Of a DNA stretch of 41,541 bases, positions 35,584-41,541 are shown in pieces. Under the pieces are notes generated by a model. That model did no database searches, was not told where the DNA came from, and saw only the letters and a list, made by a program, of their open reading frames with translations. The stretch is from positions 1-41,541 of the IMG/VR virus record IMGVR_UViG_3300026187_000030; one strand, given 5' to 3'. The translations under genes and the position numbers were made by a program. The stretch's first letter is position 1, and each line of letters starts with the position of its first letter. Source of the stretch: a virus (taxonomy: Duplodnaviria > Caudoviricetes).

Positions 35584-36015
35584 TTATGAAAGTTCTTCTA
35601 AAACACCTTCAATAAAAGGATCTTTAAAATCTTTGGTAATTTCACCGTTTTCAACTAAAACTGCGAATCTATTACATCTGATACCAAATGTTTCTCCCCA
35701 GTCAACTTCTTTTTTTAGTTTTTTTGAAAATACTGCTAAAGGATCAGACACGCTGTCTATATCTGGATGTCCATGTGTTTTATTCCATTCGTCCATAACA
35801 AATGCATCATTAACTGCCATAAAAACTACTTTTTCAATTCCTTTGTTTTTGAGTGTTTCAAGATTTTTTACAAACCCTGGAATATGTCTTTTTGTACAAC
35901 CAGGAGTAAATGCACCCGGAACACCAACTAAAATTGCTTTTGAGTGTGTTAGTTTATAAGGAACTATATCTTTTCCTTCTAATATAAAAAGACCTTGAGT
36001 ATCTAATGTTGTCAT
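35584..36015 (-). CDS. peroxiredoxin (Prx5/redoxin type)
   Basis: VPGAFTPGCTKRHIPG, AVNDAFVMDEW, GIRCNRFA. Confidence 0.92.
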   Translation of the reverse strand: MTTLDTQGLFILEGKDIVPYKLTHSKAILVGVPGAFTPGCTKRHIPGFVKNLETLKNKGIEKVVFMAVNDAFVMDEWNKTHGHPDIDSVSDPLAVFSKKLKKEVDWGETFGIRCNRFAVLVENGEITKDFKDPFIEGVLEELS

Positions 36016-36020
36016 TGTTA

Positions 36021-36077
36021 TTCCTTGTTATAAAATACTTTTATCGTACTTATAACAGGAAATTAATTAGTTGTCAA
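36021..36077 (-). promoter_or_regulatory. sigma70-like promoter TTGACA-17-TATAAG embedded in an SD-sequestering inverted repeat
   Basis: -35 at 36077-36072, -10 at 36054-36049; inverted repeat 36021-36061. Confidence 0.65.
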
Positions 36078-36081
36078 TTGA

Positions 36082-38121
36082 TTATTTTATGCCTGCTAGA
36101 TGTACAATTCTTGATAAGTCTTGTGTTTCTTGTTTGCCTTTTTCAAGTTCATCAGCAATTTTGTTTAACCATTCTGGCTCTGATGGGTGTCTATCACCAT
36201 CTGAAATATCTGCATAACCAATGCCGTCTGCTTCTTTTCTCAGCATTGCAACAATTTCTTGTGTTGACTTGCCAGCATATACACTTGTTGGATCTTTGAT
36301 ATCATCATGTACAGCATCTTTGTATTCTTCAAATTCATGACTATCGTCTGCGGCCATTCCTGCTAGTTCACTGTTTGACATGCCCATTTCTTCTGGTGGA
36401 TTCTTTTTAATTCTTGCTATGTCTTCTGGTGACATTGGATTTTCTTCAACTGAATCTTTGCCCATTGCTTTTTTAATTGCTTTGTCACGTGCCGCCATGT
36501 AATCATTTGAATCAATATCGCCGTCTTTGTCATGATCTTTTGCTTTTGCTTCATCTGTTTGGTCTTCTTCCATTTTTTGATAACCTAACATTCTCGCCGC
36601 CGCATTTAAATATGCTTCCCAAGATTTATAATCACTTCTAGATTTGCCTTCTTTGTTCAGCATTTCATCTGCTTTGGCACTGATCTTTTGACGCTGATCA
36701 GGTGTATATTTCTTCATCATATCTGATGCTGAAATGTCTTCTGAAACCTTTACTGTGTTGCTTTGTGTTACAATTGGTTGGTTACTAAACACACCTAGTA
36801 TTCTATCAAATGTTTCATCAATCTGTGATAACTCAGGTAATTCAGATTCACCAGTGATCTGTTTTGGAGCATCTTGTTTTGGCATTCTTTCAGGATCTTT
36901 AATATTTTTTAATACTGATTGTATTGCTCTAATATCTTCTCCAGTTAGTGCTTCTTTGTCTTGACCAGTTAATTTGTCAGACATTCTTGCTAAAAAGATT
37001 GATACTTCATCGTCTTTGGCTCTTGCCGCCATGTCGCTTAATTTATAAGCCATCATAGTATCTTTGTTTGAAAACTTTTTAATGTTGTCTGGACTGTAAT
37101 CTGTTTGACCACCTACTCTTCGTGGAGTAAGTTCAAACGGACCTTTTGAAATATTTTGTAAAACTCTGTTTCTTAATGTTGGTGTGTCATTGATTTCATC
37201 TTCATGTATTTGATGTATCATTGGTAATAATTCTATTATTCTTGAATCAATATTTGACACAGTAAATTTTTCTTTTAACTTGTCAATTGCTTCTGTTGAT
37301 ACTTCTGTATTTTCTTTTGTTGTGAAATTTTCAACATATTCATTGTATCCTGTTGACGTTGTCAAACGCTTCATAGTTTCTCTCAACTGTGCTTGTCTGT
37401 TTAACAATGAATCATATATTGAAGATGCTTGTTCTTGCATGTTTGGTGAACGTCTCACAATAGTAGTGACTTCTCTAATCTTGCTTAACTGTTCACTGAT
37501 TTCTACAATGCTTTGACCAATTTCATCATATGGTGTACCACCTGATTGAACGTGTCTTGTCATTGCTCTTGCACCGTTTAAATGAATGAAAGGATATTTA
37601 AATCTTTCACCATCAGCATTTTCAATATATAATGCTTTGATGTTTCTTGATCTTGAACCAGGTACTTCTTCGTCCACTGGTTTTCTATGCTTGATTAAAA
37701 GCTTCGCATTTTCTAAATTTTGTGAACTGGTTTTTGTAGAACCAGCTAGTGTTGAATAACTTTCTGTTGTCATGTCTTTCATAGTATTTGTATTTAACCT
37801 ATATGTGTAATTTTTGGGCTTAATTTCACGGCCAAATTCCCTTAAATCAAAGTCAAGTAAGTTATCTCTGGCAAGATTTCTCACTGATTGTATGGATTTT
37901 TCAATATTTTCCACAGATGTTGGCCCTTTATGCATCTTAATTTCAGCATTATCCTGGTCAAGATTGACCATTATATTTGGATTTTTTATATAAAAAAATC
38001 TAGCCTGTTGCGGATCAATGATTTCTTTACCTTCATTGTTGTCAAACATCTGCACAGAGTACCCGTGCCCTTTGAGTACTTTAAACAATTTTTCAGATAC
38101 TGTATTGTAATCTACTGCCAT
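36082..38121 (-). CDS. large hypothetical protein downstream of terminase, probable virion/head-internal protein
   Basis: 679 aa; TAAATA 5 nt before the ATG; charged C-terminal modules separated by xxE sites; EF-hand-like loop. Confidence 0.7.
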   Translation of the reverse strand: MAVDYNTVSEKLFKVLKGHGYSVQMFDNNEGKEIIDPQQARFFYIKNPNIMVNLDQDNAEIKMHKGPTSVENIEKSIQSVRNLARDNLLDFDLREFGREIKPKNYTYRLNTNTMKDMTTESYSTLAGSTKTSSQNLENAKLLIKHRKPVDEEVPGSRSRNIKALYIENADGERFKYPFIHLNGARAMTRHVQSGGTPYDEIGQSIVEISEQLSKIREVTTIVRRSPNMQEQASSIYDSLLNRQAQLRETMKRLTTSTGYNEYVENFTTKENTEVSTEAIDKLKEKFTVSNIDSRIIELLPMIHQIHEDEINDTPTLRNRVLQNISKGPFELTPRRVGGQTDYSPDNIKKFSNKDTMMAYKLSDMAARAKDDEVSIFLARMSDKLTGQDKEALTGEDIRAIQSVLKNIKDPERMPKQDAPKQITGESELPELSQIDETFDRILGVFSNQPIVTQSNTVKVSEDISASDMMKKYTPDQRQKISAKADEMLNKEGKSRSDYKSWEAYLNAAARMLGYQKMEEDQTDEAKAKDHDKDGDIDSNDYMAARDKAIKKAMGKDSVEENPMSPEDIARIKKNPPEEMGMSNSELAGMAADDSHEFEEYKDAVHDDIKDPTSVYAGKSTQEIVAMLRKEADGIGYADISDGDRHPSEPEWLNKIADELEKGKQETQDLSRIVHLAGIK

Positions 38122-38138
38122 ACTATTATTTATTCTTT

Positions 38139-39743
38139 TTAGATAATCATAGGCATCGGTGCTACTGAGCCATCATCATCATCTAATTTATCACCTAAAC
38201 TTTTCTCAAATATAGGATCAAATTTAGTTAGATAATCAACAATTCTGCCACACAGCAAACTTGCTGATACTAAATCATCATTTTCGCCTAATTTTGCAGA
38301 GTAACTATTTCCTCTAGCAACAAAAACTTTTAGTTCTCTAATTAAATTTCTACTGTTTAAAGTTACCTTATCAGATTCAATCCAGTATTTTAATTTTGAG
38401 CAGGCTGATATTTTAGATTTATGTGTGGTGTTAAAACCTTTTCTTTTGTGTTTGTCTCTTCTCTGTTGTCCAGCACGTCTAGGTTCATGTATAAAAAATC
38501 CTGGAAACTTTGATTCATCCATTTCTTCAACTGCAACAATGGCCGCTTCACCAAGTGTGTTGTTTTCAATGGTCCAGTATATTTCTGGAGCCGGTTGCCC
38601 TTGTTCTTTTAATTCAAGATCAATTTCTTTTAATATTGAATATAATGTTCTCACTTGTCCTTGCACTGAAGTTTTATTATGTTGCCATTCTGCTACTTGT
38701 TTGAATTCTGGTAAACTGTAAACTTCTATTGCTGAATAATCACCACCTGTACCCAAACTTGGATCAAGTGCCGCCACATAAGTGTTTCCTTTTTTGATCT
38801 TTTCATACCATCTAACTTGACCAGTTTTTCTCAAAGGATCTTTACCAGCCAATGTGATCAGTTTCATTGAATCAATTAAGGTTTCATCAAACACAATAAA
38901 TTCACATTCGTGTTCACGTTTGAATCTTTCTTCACCTATTCTTGCTTGTTCGTCTTTGGCCCATTTTTCATCTCTGTCTGGATGTTCTGACCAGTGTACA
39001 CCTATTGATCTAAAACCATTTATACCTGTGCCATCTCTTGTGGGTTGACCAAATTCATCAACTCTTTTGTTTGCACCTCTCCATAAACCTGCAAACACAT
39101 CATCATCATTGTTTGGTGTTGACGTGATAATACATTTACCACCTGTTGACAATGTAGGTGACAAGGAAGTCCAAAACTCTTGTGCTTTGGTTTGTGGTTC
39201 CACAAACGCAAACTCATCCATGTACACTAAAGATATACTCATACCTCTACCTGTTGTTTCAGTTGTAGTCTGTGCTATAATTCTTGAACCATTGTCAAAA
39301 TCCATTGACCCTTTGTTGTAACTGGTCACACCACAACGAATGTAATCTGGACTTTCTTCATACGCAAATCTCACACGTTGCATGATATCTTGAGCACCTT
39401 GATATTTGTGTGCCGCAATTAGAATCAAAACATCTGGATTAAACATTGCATACCATAATAGAAATCCAGCCGCACAGGTTGTTTTACCTGTTTGTCTTGC
39501 ACACATGGCAATAGCAAATCTATTATTATTGTAAGTTTCAAGTAATTTCTCCTGGAAAGGATATGGATCAAATTTCATTCTACCTTTGGTAGGATGTTGA
39601 ATCCACATAAAATTTTTCATAAAATAGAGATAGCCAGTATCTTTGTCAGCACATTTTTTCAGATCAAGCAATTTTTTTTCTGAATATGCCGTTTTAGCAT
39701 AAGCTCTTTTTGTTAGATTTCCGTCAAGGCTTTTTCTTTGCAT
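38139..39743 (-). CDS. terL: terminase large subunit (T4 gp17-like)
   Basis: PYPFQ, ARQTGKTT, YMDEFAF, ITSTPN, LDPSLGTGGDYSA, IENN, NDDLV. Confidence 0.95.
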   Translation of the reverse strand: MQRKSLDGNLTKRAYAKTAYSEKKLLDLKKCADKDTGYLYFMKNFMWIQHPTKGRMKFDPYPFQEKLLETYNNNRFAIAMCARQTGKTTCAAGFLLWYAMFNPDVLILIAAHKYQGAQDIMQRVRFAYEESPDYIRCGVTSYNKGSMDFDNGSRIIAQTTTETTGRGMSISLVYMDEFAFVEPQTKAQEFWTSLSPTLSTGGKCIITSTPNNDDDVFAGLWRGANKRVDEFGQPTRDGTGINGFRSIGVHWSEHPDRDEKWAKDEQARIGEERFKREHECEFIVFDETLIDSMKLITLAGKDPLRKTGQVRWYEKIKKGNTYVAALDPSLGTGGDYSAIEVYSLPEFKQVAEWQHNKTSVQGQVRTLYSILKEIDLELKEQGQPAPEIYWTIENNTLGEAAIVAVEEMDESKFPGFFIHEPRRAGQQRRDKHKRKGFNTTHKSKISACSKLKYWIESDKVTLNSRNLIRELKVFVARGNSYSAKLGENDDLVSASLLCGRIVDYLTKFDPIFEKSLGDKLDDDDGSVAPMPMII

Positions 39744-39763
39744 AATTGTATTTATGTACGTAT

Positions 39764-40198
39764 TTAATGGTTTGCTAAAAACAATGAAGTACCAAATTGT
39801 TTTTCATTAGTAACACAAACATTGATAAATTTGGAAAGAAATTTAAAATGATCTCTTAAATCTGAAAACAGTTTGTCATCTAAATATGATGTGGCTATAT
39901 CGTAACTTGATCTTCCTATGTTGGAAAAATACTCTTGTGTTAATCCTTTTCTTTTTCCATATTCAGGAAACACACCCACAGTAAACAAACATGTGTCACC
40001 TAATTCTTTGGCTTTGATACCTTTCAACTTCATATAACTTTCAGCAAAACTATCATGTGGTAAAAAATCTTTTTTGTCCACATGAGATGACAGCAACATG
40101 ACCACATATACTTCTATGTCAAAAGGCAAGTCATATCCGTATCTGCTTTGTGTTTGTTTGACAACTTTGTAAAAAGCCGATGTGTATTCGTCACGCAT
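39764..40198 (-). CDS. hypothetical helical protein
   Basis: 144 aa with KELGDTCLFTVGVFP...YFSNIGRSSY motif; TAAATA 5 nt before the ATG. Confidence 0.7.
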   Translation of the reverse strand: MRDEYTSAFYKVVKQTQSRYGYDLPFDIEVYVVMLLSSHVDKKDFLPHDSFAESYMKLKGIKAKELGDTCLFTVGVFPEYGKRKGLTQEYFSNIGRSSYDIATSYLDDKLFSDLRDHFKFLSKFINVCVTNEKQFGTSLFLANH

Positions 40199-40238
40199 AA
40201 AAATATTTAATTGTATGCGTTAAATTTAATATGATGTG

Positions 40239-41540
40239 TTAAGTTGTTAGAAAGTTATAATTAGGAAATGTATTAGTAAAATTTTTATTACGTCTACGGT
40301 CAATTTCTTTGATAAAAGTTTTAGCATCTTGTGTTAATTTTATCTGTTCTTTTTGTTCTAAGCTGTTTTGTGCAAAATACTTGCACAGTCTGTCAATGTA
40401 ATTGAATTCATTTACATCAGTGGTCTGTTGTGCTTTCACAAAGTCAAAAAGTTCTGTGAATTTGTCTTGCCAATACTGTGTTTTTGGCAAATTTAACACA
40501 TTTAAAAACTTAGGACTATGCAGTATACTGACCCCGTATGTAACCCCCTTATATTCTTGTTTTAAGCGGTATACAGCCGTCATTAAGTCAATCATGGTAT
40601 CTATGCTCAACATATTGGCTGTGACCATTATATGCAAGGATATGCCACGTTTAAGCACCATTTTGCAGTGCGATAACCACTGATCATACTGCATTCCTTC
40701 ACGTATGTATTCTGCCTGTTCTCCTGCACAATCACAACTGGTATGTATCACAGCATTGTTGATGGATTTGGTCAATTTTAAATCAGCAATTTGATCCAGT
40801 GTTTTACTCACTGTTGCTGTGTCCACTGACAGATTGGTATTGATTTCCAAATTCATTGCCGGTTGTGGTTCTGTGTCTAATTCATCCAACAGTTTAAAAG
40901 TGTTTTTGTTTAGCAATGGTTCACCTCCTGTGATTCTCAAAGTTCGCAATTGACTTTTGATTTCAGGCCACCACTTCCACCATGCTTCCACATAAGGATT
41001 GTGTTCTCTATTGAGATAAGGAGTTCTATTGGATTGTTCTATCCATTCCAAATTGTTGTATCTGTCACTTGTGGGATATGCACCTTGATGTTTGATTTCA
41101 CTCCACCATTCACTGCTGAACACCGGTGAGCAATACACACATTTCATGTTGCACACATTACCAAAACTCACTTCTACCTGTGCTGGTGTCACATTGGCAT
41201 TCCAATCAGCATTGACCACTTGATCAAAATAAGGCATGGCCCAAGTACTGTTACTGCTTTTTTTGATTCTGTCACTGTAGTGATCACCTTTGGTGTCTTC
41301 TACCTTCCAACAGTAATCACATTCGTCAGGTCGTTTGCCTTCCAACATTAATTTTCTTTGAAACTTTTTGTAAGTTGTGTTATGCAAAGCACTGGGATTT
41401 TTTTCCAGTTCTTCCAGTGGTACTTTGTGTGTTTGTGGATGATGACAACTGTGTGTATGTCCATTTTGCAAATGCACAGTGACCTGTTGCCATTTTGCTA
41501 GACACAAACTTGGAGACACAGAGTCTAATTTTTTTTTGGT
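40239..41540 (-). CDS. radical SAM enzyme with an N-terminal SPASM/twitch-like Cys module (5' partial)
   Basis: CLAKW...SCHH...CDYC, then CNMKCVYC, ITGGEPLL, INTN. The frame stays open to the window edge (TKKKLDSVSPS), so the true start is outside the window. Confidence 0.9.
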   Translation of the reverse strand, partial: TKKKLDSVSPSLCLAKWQQVTVHLQNGHTHSCHHPQTHKVPLEELEKNPSALHNTTYKKFQRKLMLEGKRPDECDYCWKVEDTKGDHYSDRIKKSSNSTWAMPYFDQVVNADWNANVTPAQVEVSFGNVCNMKCVYCSPVFSSEWWSEIKHQGAYPTSDRYNNLEWIEQSNRTPYLNREHNPYVEAWWKWWPEIKSQLRTLRITGGEPLLNKNTFKLLDELDTEPQPAMNLEINTNLSVDTATVSKTLDQIADLKLTKSINNAVIHTSCDCAGEQAEYIREGMQYDQWLSHCKMVLKRGISLHIMVTANMLSIDTMIDLMTAVYRLKQEYKGVTYGVSILHSPKFLNVLNLPKTQYWQDKFTELFDFVKAQQTTDVNEFNYIDRLCKYFAQNSLEQKEQIKLTQDAKTFIKEIDRRRNKNFTNTFPNYNFLTT

Positions 41541-41541
41541 T

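Noticed and set aside
3279-39743. Introns, inteins or homing endonucleases in nrdA, nrdB, helicase, thyX, uvsX, uvsW and terL
   Set aside because: All are continuous ORFs of normal length with contiguous motifs.
898-40683. Numerous plus-strand ORFs in the track (e.g. 1673..2089, 9232..9531, 28560..28946, 35477..35959) and nested minus-strand ORFs (e.g. 27919..28143)
   Set aside because: They are antisense or alternate-frame shadows of well-supported genes, with no motifs or RBS. Only 21041..21412 occupies free space.
41517-41519. GTG start for the radical SAM gene given in the track
   Set aside because: The frame is open to the window edge, so the real start is probably upstream.
1-41541. 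Stop-codon reassignment as in some large phages
   Set aside because: Standard code gives full-length genes and dense tiling; TAA, TAG and TGA all act as real stops at coupled junctions.

Overview
AT-rich (roughly 30% GC, estimated by eye), densely packed segment of a large T4-like (myovirus-type) phage genome. Nearly all genes lie on the minus strand; 21041-21412 is the only convincing plus-strand gene. Core functions: terminase large subunit, gp32-like SSB, UvsX, UvsY, UvsW, a probable clamp-loader small subunit, primase, gp41-like helicase, ThyX, NrdAB, a PD-(D/E)xK nuclease, PAAR and tail/head proteins. Accessory content: (i) a circularly permuted two-piece tmRNA of alphaproteobacterial type with tag ADENLALAA, plus a ClpP; (ii) a coupled 10-gene tailoring-enzyme cluster (peroxiredoxin, two desaturases, three Fe/2OG-type oxygenases, methyltransferase, FMN reductase, GNAT, PLP enzyme) inserted between core genes; (iii) two radical SAM enzymes, a SET protein and a sulfotransferase; (iv) a ~190-aa miniature DnaE keeping its catalytic motifs. 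Two promoter classes are readable: sigma70-like, and a late TAAATA box that sits exactly 5 nt before the ATG of six genes, implying leaderless late mRNAs. All calls come from motif recognition by eye; no database searches were run.
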